DNA of 13,512 nt from Armatimonadota bacterium. GTDB taxonomy: Bacteria > Armatimonadota > Hebobacteria > CAIYQO01. The DNA lies in the NCBI GenBank assembly GCA_038248345.1, contig JBBRXO010000073.1, positions 1 to 13,512 of the forward strand. The letters are read 5' to 3'. Under the pieces are notes generated by a model. That model did not search any database and was not told the origin of the DNA. It worked only from the letters and a program-made list of their open reading frames with translations. Below, piece by piece: positions 1 through 8,517 of this stretch. Positions within the stretch are counted from its first letter, which is position 1, and the number at the start of each line of letters is the position of its first letter. Made by a program: the position numbers and the translations under genes.

Positions 1-4
1 GAAA

Positions 5-25
5 GTAAGTATTCGGTAAACCCCA
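5..25. repeat. IS terminal inverted repeat downstream of the transposase (IRR)
   Basis: GTAAGTATTCGGTAAACCCCA, the exact reverse complement of 1800-1820. Confidence 0.95.
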
Positions 26-38
26 CCCCTTCTCCTGC

Positions 39-1649
39 TTAATTTGAAGAGGGGGCTAGTTTCCAGGCGGCGAGGTCTTCTTTGCTGGCTTTCCAGGGGA
101 GGAAGCGGGTCAGGTCGGCGGGGGGATTGCCAGCGTTTTTTGCGCAGGCGTCGAGGTAGGCACGCAGGTAGGTGAGCGGGTTTAACTCATTTTTATCCGC
201 GGTGAGCAGAATAGTGTAACTCGACTCTGTCAGATCTCCGCTTTTGTATGAACTGCTGCCGTAGAAGTTTTTCCGCCCCACCACCCCCGTTCGTAATAGG
301 CGTTCGGCTTCATTATTATCGAGCGGCACCTCGAGGTGGTCGAGGAAGAGCGTCAGACCTTCCCAATGACGGGACATACTCTTTAGCTTTTTTCGAGCGG
401 CCAACAGTAAGTTGGCGTCGGCGGCCTCCATGTCGCGGGCGCGTTCAATCTCCGCTACGTGGTTGCGCAACGCTTCATCCGCCGTGCGGAACTCCTCCGT
501 GCCGGGTTCGCACAATTTGCGCTCATCATGAAGGTGATACAACTCCGCAATTCGGGCTATCCAACTATTTGTCCACTCAACAACCTTGTTTGGGTATTTC
601 TTATCCACGTCAATGAAGTCGCGCCGGACATGCGCCCAGCAAAATGCGGTTCGTATACCATCGATTCCCTGATATGCTCGCCAGCGGTCGCAACTTAAGT
701 TGCCTCTAGCATGATAGGCATTCGGATCATCCAGCCCAAATAACTTGAGCGGGACTTTGCGAGAACGCGTCGGATCGAGCACGAAGGCGACGACATCTTT
801 GGCAGCGAATACCCACATCCACCAGCGTTGTTTAGTCTCGTCCGCATATTGCATCCAGCGTGTTTCGTCCGCGTGCCAGTGTTCCGCCTCGCGCAGGTGA
901 ATGATGTATTCATCATATAATGGGCGTAGCAGATCAGCCACTTTAGCCTGCACCCCGACTATCGTTCCGGCAGCGAAGCGGACACCACTGTGCAGCTCTA
1001 ACTCGTTGAGTTGCCGGTTGATCGGTTGCCCGTGCAGGAATTTGTTCACAATCAAATTGGCCACGGTGCTAATTTCCATTAGTGCTTTGGGGAATAATTT
1101 CGCAGGCGCGGGCGCGGTGATGACGATAGGCCGATGGCAGGAACATGCCCGGCGGTATTTCGCCCGCCGATGAATCACCTTGCGGATATTGACTTCCCAT
1201 TCCACGGTGTTGGAGTCCTCGGTGCCGCAGGGCACAAACTTTTCACCGCATTTATCGCAACGACACGCCTCCGCCGGCAGATCGTACAACACCTCACGCG
1301 GTGGCAACTCTTCATATAGTCGCCGACCGTGGCCAGGTGTCCCAGGCCGTTGTCCGCGCTTGGGTTTTTCAGTTAAGGGCGATAGCAGTACGTCTGTCTC
1401 CGGTTCCAGCGGTGCCGCTGTATCGTCAGTTTTTATCGCCCGGCCATGATCTTTTTCGCTCTTTTTGTCAAAAAGCATCGACTGGTACTTACGGATAACC
1501 GCGTCTTTTTGCGCGATAATCTCCGTCAGTTCGGCAATGATTTTCTCCTGTTTCGCCACTGTAGCCTGCAAAGAAACGACCAGATTCTCCAGCGTCTGGA
1601 GACGCTGCAGTATCGCTTCTAACCCCTCTGTATGCCCCGTACCGGCCAT
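39..1649 (-). CDS. tnpC: IS66-family DDE transposase (TnpC type), about 536 aa
   Basis: N-terminal coiled coil, GQRPGTPGHGR motif, zinc ribbon (CRCDKCG...CSC), HADET, WMWVF, LSCDRWRAY, CWAHVRRDF, DNNEAERLLR and LNPLTYL motifs typical of IS66. ATG at 1649 follows a GAGGG Shine-Dalgarno, so preferred over the TTG at 1661. Confidence 0.95.
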   Translation of the reverse strand: MAGTGHTEGLEAILQRLQTLENLVVSLQATVAKQEKIIAELTEIIAQKDAVIRKYQSMLFDKKSEKDHGRAIKTDDTAAPLEPETDVLLSPLTEKPKRGQRPGTPGHGRRLYEELPPREVLYDLPAEACRCDKCGEKFVPCGTEDSNTVEWEVNIRKVIHRRAKYRRACSCHRPIVITAPAPAKLFPKALMEISTVANLIVNKFLHGQPINRQLNELELHSGVRFAAGTIVGVQAKVADLLRPLYDEYIIHLREAEHWHADETRWMQYADETKQRWWMWVFAAKDVVAFVLDPTRSRKVPLKLFGLDDPNAYHARGNLSCDRWRAYQGIDGIRTAFCWAHVRRDFIDVDKKYPNKVVEWTNSWIARIAELYHLHDERKLCEPGTEEFRTADEALRNHVAEIERARDMEAADANLLLAARKKLKSMSRHWEGLTLFLDHLEVPLDNNEAERLLRTGVVGRKNFYGSSSYKSGDLTESSYTILLTADKNELNPLTYLRAYLDACAKNAGNPPADLTRFLPWKASKEDLAAWKLAPSSN

Positions 1650-1747
1650 ATTTACCCTCAAATATAAATTTCTTGCCCATACAGCAAAACTCCTTCTTTT
1701 GCAAATAAATATTTTTTGGGGCTAAATAGTCCGAAAACATGACACTA

Positions 1748-1776
1748 TTGACATACTGAAGAGAGGGGGTTATTAT
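1748..1776 (+). promoter_or_regulatory. Outward-facing sigma70-type promoter inside the IS end
   Basis: TTGACA (1748-1753), 17-bp spacer, TATTAT (1771-1776): 11/12 consensus match with ideal spacing. Confidence 0.65.
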
Positions 1777-1799
1777 GAATGTGGTAAACGACATTTAGA

Positions 1800-1820
1800 T
1801 GGGGTTTACCGAATACTTAC
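1800..1820. repeat. IS terminal inverted repeat upstream of the transposase (IRL)
   Basis: TGGGGTTTACCGAATACTTAC, perfect match to 5-25, followed by probable target duplication GTTGGAAA. Confidence 0.95.
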
Positions 1821-1852
1821 GTTGGAAAAATGTGCGGAATGTGAGGAATAAT

Positions 1853-2503
1853 TTACGCTGATACCATCATGGTCTTAAGGGATTTACCGATTTTGCGTTT
1901 CGCGCGTTGCAGGGCGTTGTCGATCGACTTCACGCGTCGACTCAGATCCACGGCGATCTCCTGATAGGTTTTACCCTCCAGGTGACAGCGGAGCACGTTG
2001 CTCTCCAGACCGGAGAGGTCGCGTTTGATGCGCTTGCGCAGGTCATCGGAAAATTGCTGGGTGATTACTACTTCTTCGGGGTCGCTGGTGGAGGTCTCCG
2101 CCAGGGTATCCAGCAAGGTGCGATCAGAGTCGGAATCATAGAGGTTTGTATGCAGACTGACGTAGGAGTTGAGCGGGATATGCTTCTGTCGCGTGGCGGC
2201 CTTGATGGCGGTGAATATCTGCCGGCTGATACAAAGCTCGGCAAAGGCGCGAAAGGGGAGCATTCGGTCGCAACGGAAGTCACGAATAGCTTTAAACAGC
2301 CCAATCATACCTTCCTGAACAATATCTTCATGGTCAGCGCCGACAAGGAAATACGAGCGTGCCTTGCCTTCGACAATGCTGCGATATTTACAGAGCAGGT
2401 GTTCTGTGGCTAGTTCTGACCCTTCTTTGGCGTAAGCCACCACATCCTCATCGATCATTCCATGGAAATTAACGTGGTGATCACGAGCTATTGGCAACAT
2501 CAT
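1853..2503 (-). CDS. sigH: RNA polymerase sigma factor SigH (Spo0H-like), about 216 aa
   Basis: SigH-characteristic segments KARSYFLVGADHEDIVQEGMIGLFKAIRDF, FAELCISRQIFTAIKAATRQKHIPLNSYVSL and KSIDNALQRAKRK. ATG at 2503 lies 7 nt after GGAGGG. Confidence 0.92.
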   Translation of the reverse strand: MMLPIARDHHVNFHGMIDEDVVAYAKEGSELATEHLLCKYRSIVEGKARSYFLVGADHEDIVQEGMIGLFKAIRDFRCDRMLPFRAFAELCISRQIFTAIKAATRQKHIPLNSYVSLHTNLYDSDSDRTLLDTLAETSTSDPEEVVITQQFSDDLRKRIKRDLSGLESNVLRCHLEGKTYQEIAVDLSRRVKSIDNALQRAKRKIGKSLKTMMVSA

Positions 2504-2598
2504 TGAATCGCCCTCCACTCTAATCTGTCCTGTTCTAAATGGCCAAATTTGACCATAAACGCACTATAAATATCTTCGAATACCCGAATGTAATCACT

Positions 2599-2628
2599 TT
2601 GACAGGTATGCCAACGAAGAATTACAAT
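2599..2628 (+). promoter_or_regulatory. Oppositely oriented sigma70-type promoter abutting the sigH promoter
   Basis: TTGACA (2599-2604), 18-bp spacer, TACAAT (2623-2628). Confidence 0.45.
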
Positions 2629-2631
2629 TGC

Positions 2632-2661
2632 ATTATAAAGACAAGCGTGAGGTTGCGTCAA
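2632..2661 (-). promoter_or_regulatory. Sigma70/SigA-type promoter for sigH
   Basis: Minus strand TTGACG (2661-2656), 18-bp spacer, TATAAT (2637-2632), with A/T tracts upstream. Confidence 0.65.
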
Positions 2662-2683
2662 GGGAAAAAAGAGGATTCGTCGG

Positions 2684-2718
2684 TTTTTCTGCAAAAATAC
2701 CTTTTTTTCTGCAAAAAT
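2684..2718. repeat. 15-bp direct repeat TTTTTCTGCAAAAAT x2, 20-bp period
   Basis: Identical copies at 2684-2698 and 2704-2718, just upstream of the sigH -35 element. Confidence 0.7.
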
Positions 2719-2735
2719 CTTTTTTATTTTGCCGT

Positions 2736-3500
2736 TTATACCCCGGAAAGCAGTTCGCGTACCCCGGTGCCCGGATCTGACAGACGCATAAACGCCTCCC
2801 CGACCAGCAACGCCTTCACCCCGGCGGCGAAAAGTTCGCGCGCCTGCATGGGGGCAGAGATTCCGCTCTCACTTACTACCACTCGATCACGGGGAATGAA
2901 GGGTAACAGTTCACCTGTTGTCCGTAAATCAACGTGGAAGGTCTTCAGGTTGCGGTTATTAATCCCAATAATGCTCGCCCCACTGGCCAGCGCCGTCTCT
3001 AGTTCCGCCCGATCATGCACTTCCACCAAGACATCCAACCCACATTCCTGCGCGCAAAGCTGCAGCTCCTGCAGTTGCGGGGCACTTAGCGCGGCGACGA
3101 TGAGCAATACAGCATCGGCACGCCCCACCGCCTGGTATATCTGCCGAGGATCGATGATGAAGTCTTTGCGCAGCAGCGGTAATGCACAAGCGGCGCGTAC
3201 TTCCTCCAGATAGGAGAGGCTCCCCTGGAAAAATTGCTCATCAGTGAGGACGGAAAGAGCTGTGGCTCCACCGCGTGCATACGAGCGGGCTATCTCTGCC
3301 GGGTGGAAGTCAGGGCGAATAAGCCCCTTCGACGGTGATGCCTTCTTCACCTCGGCGATAATATGCGGCACTGCCGTCGCCAGTGCGCGATAGAACCCAC
3401 GCGTAGGTGGGATAATTGCAGGAGCTGCGACCGAAAGCCCCGCCACCTCAATGGCTTTGACTTCGAGTATTTTGGTCAGGTAGGTGGTAGATTGTGGCAT
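2736..3500 (-). CDS. trpC: Indole-3-glycerol phosphate synthase
   Basis: [46 protein letters not shown] and LVGEAFM motifs. Confidence 0.96.
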   Translation of the reverse strand: MPQSTTYLTKILEVKAIEVAGLSVAAPAIIPPTRGFYRALATAVPHIIAEVKKASPSKGLIRPDFHPAEIARSYARGGATALSVLTDEQFFQGSLSYLEEVRAACALPLLRKDFIIDPRQIYQAVGRADAVLLIVAALSAPQLQELQLCAQECGLDVLVEVHDRAELETALASGASIIGINNRNLKTFHVDLRTTGELLPFIPRDRVVVSESGISAPMQARELFAAGVKALLVGEAFMRLSDPGTGVRELLSGV

Positions 3501-3572
3501 GTGAATTAGTACCTGTAGCCCTCGTAGCTATCATAAACACGAGTTGTTGGCATTAATATTGGACGGGTATTA

Positions 3573-3932
3573 CACCGCGAAGCGGTGACGTATAATAATT
3601 CCACTCTGAAAGGGTGGTGGATATCTAAAGTGGGTATTATCCGCCCACGACCCAATTAAATTTATGACCTACTAGGGTTCAATAGCTTTCAAACGGATAC
3701 TAACATAGCCTCGGTTGAAGCTCGGGGTAGGCTTTTAGGGCACTTCACTTTGGAATTTTTTACCCCTTCCCTGGGTTTCGCCCGGGGCTATGTTAGTATC
3801 CCATTTTATTTGTTATGAACCATAGTAGCTCGTATATTATAGGGCTCAATCATGGTCAACGACTTTTGATTTTTGATAGTTTTATACCCAGGGCTTTCGC
3901 CCTGGGCTATATTCCACCACCCTTTCGGGGTG
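3573..3932. repeat. REP/REPIN-like nested inverted-repeat cluster in the trpC-infB spacer
   Basis: Arm pairs 3602-3620/3914-3932 (17/19), 3664-3681/3816-3833 (15/18) and 3695-3727/3769-3801 (27/33, outer 16 bp perfect). Local hairpins CACCGC-GAA-GCGGTG (3573-3587) and CCCAGGGC-TTTC-GCCCTGGG (3887-3906). Confidence 0.8.
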
Positions 3933-3953
3933 AATCGAGGTTAGGTTTTCTTA

Positions 3954-6656
3954 TTACAGCGTCTCGCGGCGTAGCTCTTTCACTACGAAGCTCTCGACGA
4001 TGTCGCCTTCTTCCCAGTTATTGTAGTTATCGATGGCGATACCGCATTCGTAGCCTTGCGCCATTTCGCGCACGTCTTCTTTCAGGTGCTTCAAGCTATC
4101 GAGATTGGCGGTGAGGACTGTCTCGCCGTTGCGAATTACGCGCACTTTGCTGCCGCGTCGTATCAGGCCATCCTTGACGTAGCTTCCGGCGATAGAACCC
4201 AGCCGGGAGATGCGGAATACCAGGCGGACTTCGGCGTGACCGAGGATCTGCTCTTCAAAGATCGGCTTCAACATACCGATCATCGCCTTCTCTATATCGT
4301 CTACCAGGTCATAGATGACTTCGTAGATACGCACATCGATACCGGCTTCTTCCGCGATAGCACGTCCCAGTGCCTCCATATGTACATGGAAGCCCACGAT
4401 AATGGCGTTGGATGCGCTGGCCAGCAAGACGTCGCTCTCGGTGACATCCCCCACACCGGCGTGGATGATATTAACGCGGAGTTCCTTATGAGTAACCTGG
4501 CCGATGGCCTGGCTGATGGCTTCAATGGAACCGGCAACATCGGATTTGACGATGATGTTGAGGTCTTTGACTTGGCCGCTGGCGACCATGTTGGAGAGGT
4601 CTTGCAGTGATACGTGCGCCTGCAAGCGTTCCTCACGAGCCTTGAGCTGACGATCGCCCGCAATCTCGCGTGCCTTCTTCTCATCGGAGACAACCTCAAA
4701 GAGGTCGCCTGCTACTGGCACACTGTTGATACCAGTAATCTCTACCGGTGTAGAGGGGCCGGCTTCCTTGATGGGCTTGCCCTTGTCGTCGTTCATGGCG
4801 CGGACTTTACCGGAGACCATACCGATGACCAGCGAATCGCCGACGCGCAGCGTGCCTTCCTGTACCAGGATGGTAGCCACCGGGCCGCGTTGTTTGTCGA
4901 GTTTCGACTCTACCACTGCTCCAGTAGCTGGTTTATCCGCTACAGCCTTAAGTTCGCCAACTTCGGCAACCAGCAGGATCATCTCTAGCAGTTGTTCGAT
5001 GTTGGTACCCTTTTTCGCGGAGACTTCCACCATGATAGTGGTGCCGCCGTATGCTTCGGAGACCAACCCGTGACCGCTCAATTCGGCTTTCACCGATTCT
5101 GGCTGCGCTCCGGGGGAGTCAATTTTATTGATCGCCACGATAATCGGCACCTTGGCCGCTTTAGCATGGTCAATAGCTTCGATTGTCTGTGGTTGAATAC
5201 CATCATCCGCCGCCACCACCAGTACGGCGATGTCGGTGAGGTTGGCGCCCCGAGCGCGCATGGCGGTGAACGCCGCGTGTCCGGGAGTGTCCAGGAAGGT
5301 GATCTTCTCACCTCTTACCTTCACTTGATAGGCGCCGATATGCTGGGTGATTCCGCCGAACTCCTGCTCGGTAACGTGGGTTTTGCGGATAGAGTCGAGC
5401 AGGGTAGTTTTACCATGGTCTACGTGACCGAGGATCGTTACCACCGGCGGGCGTTTCTCGCCCTTCATCTCTACTTCCGCGCCACCAGCGGTGAGGCGCC
5501 AGCTGGCGACTTCGGCCAACTCCGCTTCATAGATTGCTTCAAATTCCAGCTTCTCCAGCACTTCCACAATCTGTTCTGGCACGATCTGCTGGTTTACTGT
5601 GGCGAAAACGCCCATGCCGATGAGCTGGGAGATGATCTGCGCCGGGGGCACATGTATGCGCTCGGCGATATCACCGACTGTCATGTTGCCTGTGATGATC
5701 ACCGGCTGTTCTACCACAAAAACTTCTGGCTCTTTCGGTCCGCGGTGTTTACGGCGCCCACCACGTACCGGGGTGGCGATGAAACTGCCGCGCGTCTTCA
5801 GCCCGCCTGCCTTCTTTTCCTTCTCGGTAAAGACGGTGCGTTTCACCTTCGCCTTGTCACCAACCTTGCGCACAGTCTTGGCATCGCCAGGCGCAGCCGG
5901 GGGGGCGCCCGGGCCATTCAGCCCAGTCGCAGGGCCAGTGGGCGCAGGACGGAAAGGAGCATTGTTATTGCGGAATGGTGGGCGCTGCCCGGGGCCGCCT
6001 TGCGGCGCTCCGCCAGGGCCGCCCGGACGCTGTTGCTGTGGTGCCGGACGCGGGCGCGGTGCCTGCGGCATAGGAACAATGCCGGCAACCTTCACAATGC
6101 CGAACTCGGCATCTGGGCTTAGGCCACCATCATTCTCCGGGGTAAGCAGATTGGGGCGCGGTACACGTTTAGCTTTTAGCGGTTGGCCATTAGCATTCTG
6201 CACAGGGCGCTTTTCACCACCCGCTGCGGGGCGTCCCTCAATGGGAGGCCGTTTATCGGTTGGTTTACGCACCGGCGGGCGTGCTGGAGCCGCTGGAGCC
6301 GCTGATGCAGCAGGCGCAGCAGGTGCAGCGGCCGGGCGTGGCGCTGCTGGCTCTTGCGGTTTGGCGGGTGGCGCTACAGGAGCAACTTCAGGTTTTGGCG
6401 CTGCTGGAGGCGCTACCTCTGGTGCAGCTGCAACGGGAGCAGCTTCAGCAGGAGGTGTGGGAGGTTCGGCTGCAGCAGCGGCCGCCGCTGCAGCGTTATC
6501 CTGCGCGACAATCACACGGACGCGAGCGACCGTATCGTCATCAATCATAGTTGATGCGCTCTGAATCGCAATACCGTCAGCGGCGAGCCGCTTGATCAGC
6601 CTGTGCGGATTCTGCTTCAGATCCTGTGCCAGTTTAAAGAAGTGCAAATTTGGCAA
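3954..6656 (-). CDS. infB: Translation initiation factor IF-2, 900 aa
   Basis: [52 protein letters not shown] and C-terminal GYECGI. TTG start 8 nt after GGGAGG. Long Pro/Ala-rich N-terminal region. Confidence 0.98.
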   Translation of the reverse strand: MPNLHFFKLAQDLKQNPHRLIKRLAADGIAIQSASTMIDDDTVARVRVIVAQDNAAAAAAAAAEPPTPPAEAAPVAAAPEVAPPAAPKPEVAPVAPPAKPQEPAAPRPAAAPAAPAASAAPAAPARPPVRKPTDKRPPIEGRPAAGGEKRPVQNANGQPLKAKRVPRPNLLTPENDGGLSPDAEFGIVKVAGIVPMPQAPRPRPAPQQQRPGGPGGAPQGGPGQRPPFRNNNAPFRPAPTGPATGLNGPGAPPAAPGDAKTVRKVGDKAKVKRTVFTEKEKKAGGLKTRGSFIATPVRGGRRKHRGPKEPEVFVVEQPVIITGNMTVGDIAERIHVPPAQIISQLIGMGVFATVNQQIVPEQIVEVLEKLEFEAIYEAELAEVASWRLTAGGAEVEMKGEKRPPVVTILGHVDHGKTTLLDSIRKTHVTEQEFGGITQHIGAYQVKVRGEKITFLDTPGHAAFTAMRARGANLTDIAVLVVAADDGIQPQTIEAIDHAKAAKVPIIVAINKIDSPGAQPESVKAELSGHGLVSEAYGGTTIMVEVSAKKGTNIEQLLEMILLVAEVGELKAVADKPATGAVVESKLDKQRGPVATILVQEGTLRVGDSLVIGMVSGKVRAMNDDKGKPIKEAGPSTPVEITGINSVPVAGDLFEVVSDEKKAREIAGDRQLKAREERLQAHVSLQDLSNMVASGQVKDLNIIVKSDVAGSIEAISQAIGQVTHKELRVNIIHAGVGDVTESDVLLASASNAIIVGFHVHMEALGRAIAEEAGIDVRIYEVIYDLVDDIEKAMIGMLKPIFEEQILGHAEVRLVFRISRLGSIAGSYVKDGLIRRGSKVRVIRNGETVLTANLDSLKHLKEDVREMAQGYECGIAIDNYNNWEEGDIVESFVVKELRRETL

Positions 6657-6709
6657 AAAGCCAACCTCCCATGTTATACCCGCTCATCCGCCATCAATTT
6701 GGCGCTGAG

Positions 6710-6988
6710 TCAGACCGCCGTTCGCGGCAGGTTTGTCGCTATCTCCAGCTCGATCGCCCGCTCGGGGGTCAATATCGCCCCTCGCAATGCGCGGCGAAAT
6801 GCCTGCTTACGCACAGCGTTCGCCAGGCAAGCCGGATCCGGGCATAGATATGCCCCTCTTCCAGGGCATCTTCCGGCCATATCCAACCGAACAAGACCGT
6901 CTGAATCCTTCACCATCCGCAACAGCAATTCCTGCTGGCGTCGTGTGCGACAAGCGATACAACTACGAATAGGCGTGCGATTACTCAC
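6710..6988 (-). CDS. ylxR: YlxR/RnpM-family RNA-binding protein (DUF448), about 92 aa
   Basis: PIRSCIACR, LLRMV, GRGAYLC and C...A.RK...RAL motifs; canonical position between nusA and infB. GTG at 6988 chosen from family length; the ORF-track extension to 7066 looks non-coding. Confidence 0.9.
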   Translation of the reverse strand: MSNRTPIRSCIACRTRRQQELLLRMVKDSDGLVRLDMAGRCPGRGAYLCPDPACLANAVRKQAFRRALRGAILTPERAIELEIATNLPRTAV

Positions 6989-6996
6989 AGCTTCAT

Positions 6997-7026
6997 AGAA
7001 TACCACGAATGCCGCATATGCGACAA
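6997..7026 (-). promoter_or_regulatory. Candidate internal promoter for ylxR-infB
   Basis: TTGTCG (7026-7021), 18-bp spacer, extended -10 TGgTATTCT (-10 at 7002-6997), ending 8 nt before the GTG. Confidence 0.4.
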
Positions 7027-7043
7027 CGTGTATATGTTTTTTT

Positions 7044-7131
7044 AGGAGTATCGTTTTTAGTGACAACCCTCTGTCTTTGCCTGGCCGTTCATGGCTGGGT
7101 GAAACGGACAGGCGCTAAAAACGATTCTCCT
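7044..7131. repeat. Long imperfect stem-loop in the nusA-ylxR spacer
   Basis: AGGAGTATCGTTTTTAGTG (7044-7062) pairs with CGCTAAAAACGATTCTCCT (7113-7131) at 17/19, enclosing an imperfect inner stem (about 7079-7091 with 7100-7113). Confidence 0.6.
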
Positions 7132-7144
7132 GATGATATTTTGG

Positions 7145-8437
7145 CTATGCTTCGGTTGGTTTCTCCACTGCCTCCACGATTTCTGGCGTCTCAACAATTT
7201 CAGTTTCTACCACAGTTTCCACTACCTCGGTCTCCGCGCCTGTTTCTTCGGTCTCTTCCACTATGGCAGGTTCTACCGTCTCAATTGCGCCAACTTCATT
7301 GGCGATCTCAACAATCTGCTCTTCCGACACTGCGCTCATCTCGGTATTCTGCTCATCATCGCCTTCGCCGTAGAATTCGGGGTGGTCGATCTCATCCTGT
7401 TCCTTCATCTGCGATTCATTGCGGATGTCGATACGCCATCCGGTCAGCCGTGCGGCCAGCCGCACATTCTGTCCTTCTTTGCCAATGGCCAGAGACTGCT
7501 GTGTGTCAGGCACGATAACGGTTGCGCTATGTTTGTCTTCATCCAACCGCACCTCGCTGATGCGTGCCGGGGAGAGGGCGCTGGCCAGGTATCGGGCCGC
7601 ATCATCACTGTAGCGAACGATGTCGATCTTCTCGCCACGCAATTCATCGACCACCGCCTGCACCCGGGTGCCGCGATGACCCACACAAGCGCCTACCGGG
7701 TCAACGTTCTCCTGCGTACTGGATACGGCGACTTTGCTACGGTGTCCGGCTTCGCGCGCCACGGATCTGATCTCCACCACACCTTCGGATATCTCTGGTA
7801 CTTCCAGCTCAAAGAGCTTGCGCAACAGGCCGGGGTGGGAGCGGGAGAGCAACACATGCGGAGCCTTGGTGGTTTTTGCCACTTCCACTACAAAGACTTT
7901 GATACGCTCGCCGATACGATAATGGTCGGTGGGCATCTGCTCGGTAGGAGGGAGCATGGCGCTATCTATTTTACCCAGGCTCACGAAGATGGTGCGATTT
8001 TCCATGCGTGAAACCACGCCGGTGATAATTTCACCGGCCCGGCGATTGAATTCATCAAAGATGATGTCGCGCTCTGCTTCGCGAATCCGCTGCACTACTA
8101 CCTGTTTGGCGGTCTGGGCGGCGATGCGCCCGAAGTCCTCCGGGGTTACTTCGATATCAAGGAGTTCGCCGACAGAAATCTCATCGTCCAGCTTGCGTGC
8201 TTCTTCCAGGCTCATCTGTACGTGCGCGTTTTCCACTACGTCTACGACCTCTTTGCGTGTATATACTGAAGCGTTGGAGCTATCCCAATCAATCTCTACA
8301 TGTAACTCACCGGTAGAACCAAAATGCTTGCGGTATGCTGAAACGAGGGCATCCTCTATGATTTGTTCCAATATTTCAAACGGGATATCCTTCTCTTTCT
8401 GGACATCTCGCAATGCCTGTACAAAATCTATATGCAT
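7145..8437 (-). CDS. nusA: Transcription termination/antitermination factor NusA, about 430 aa, with acidic tail
   Basis: [23 protein letters not shown]1 domain, KH motifs [20 protein letters not shown] and [27 protein letters not shown] at 8437 follows AAGGAGGGG. Confidence 0.97.
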   Translation of the reverse strand: MHIDFVQALRDVQKEKDIPFEILEQIIEDALVSAYRKHFGSTGELHVEIDWDSSNASVYTRKEVVDVVENAHVQMSLEEARKLDDEISVGELLDIEVTPEDFGRIAAQTAKQVVVQRIREAERDIIFDEFNRRAGEIITGVVSRMENRTIFVSLGKIDSAMLPPTEQMPTDHYRIGERIKVFVVEVAKTTKAPHVLLSRSHPGLLRKLFELEVPEISEGVVEIRSVAREAGHRSKVAVSSTQENVDPVGACVGHRGTRVQAVVDELRGEKIDIVRYSDDAARYLASALSPARISEVRLDEDKHSATVIVPDTQQSLAIGKEGQNVRLAARLTGWRIDIRNESQMKEQDEIDHPEFYGEGDDEQNTEMSAVSEEQIVEIANEVGAIETVEPAIVEETEETGAETEVVETVVETEIVETPEIVEAVEKPTEA

Positions 8438-8461
8438 AAACGTTACCCCTCCTTTACGAGA

Positions 8462-8489
8462 CAACGAGTGGGAATAAACCCACTCGTTG
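8462..8489 (-). terminator. Leader hairpin, candidate NusA-dependent attenuator
   Basis: Perfect 11-bp stem CAACGAGTGGG-TTTATT-CCCACTCGTTG between promoter and nusA RBS, with only a broken U-tract (TTGTCT overlapping the stem base). Confidence 0.6.
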
Positions 8490-8517
8490 CACTACGCAGT
8501 CCCTTGAATACTCGTTG

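Larger units (their letters stand above)
5..1820 (-). mobile_element. IS66-family insertion sequence, single-ORF (ISBst12-like organisation), 1,816 bp
   Basis: Perfect 21-bp inverted repeats at 5-25 and 1800-1820 starting GTAA, the IS66 end signature. One TnpC-type transposase, no tnpA/tnpB. Right flank GTTGGAAA (1821-1828) ends in GAAA, matching the visible left flank (1-4), consistent with an 8-bp target duplication. Confidence 0.93.

Noticed and set aside
1669..1694. SigH-like promoter (AGGA-N18-GAAA) in front of the transposase
   Set aside because: The -10 deviates from GAAT, the motif is short in AT-rich DNA and the start would crowd the RBS; too weak to claim SigH-driven transposition.
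2675..2702. Possible SigH autoregulatory promoter (AGGT-N20-GAAT, minus strand)
   Set aside because: Spacing is 20 rather than 17-18 nt and the -35 has a mismatch.
2539..3213. 224-aa + strand ORF over the sigH promoter and antisense to trpC
   Set aside because: It starts upstream of the + strand promoter, runs through A/T tracts and has no protein-like features.
3670..3731. ykkC/guanidine-I riboswitch resemblance (CTAGGGTTC ... AAGCTCGGG)
   Set aside because: The central GGUCCGAG-type motif is missing, it is on the strand opposite the flanking genes, and the repeat arms explain the sequence.
4056..6564. Long + strand ORFs (184, 376 and 321 aa) opposite infB
   Set aside because: They lie wholly antisense to a conserved GC-rich gene and mirror its codon bias and low complexity; no recognisable motifs.
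7009..8477. + strand ORFs of 169, 292 and 182 aa opposite nusA
   Set aside because: Antisense shadows of nusA with no independent coding signal.
8510..8517. Second CAACGAGT copy as an anti-terminator for the nusA leader hairpin
   Set aside because: Mostly upstream of the proximal start site, so relevant only to distal transcripts, and 8 bp is unlikely to beat the 11-bp stem.
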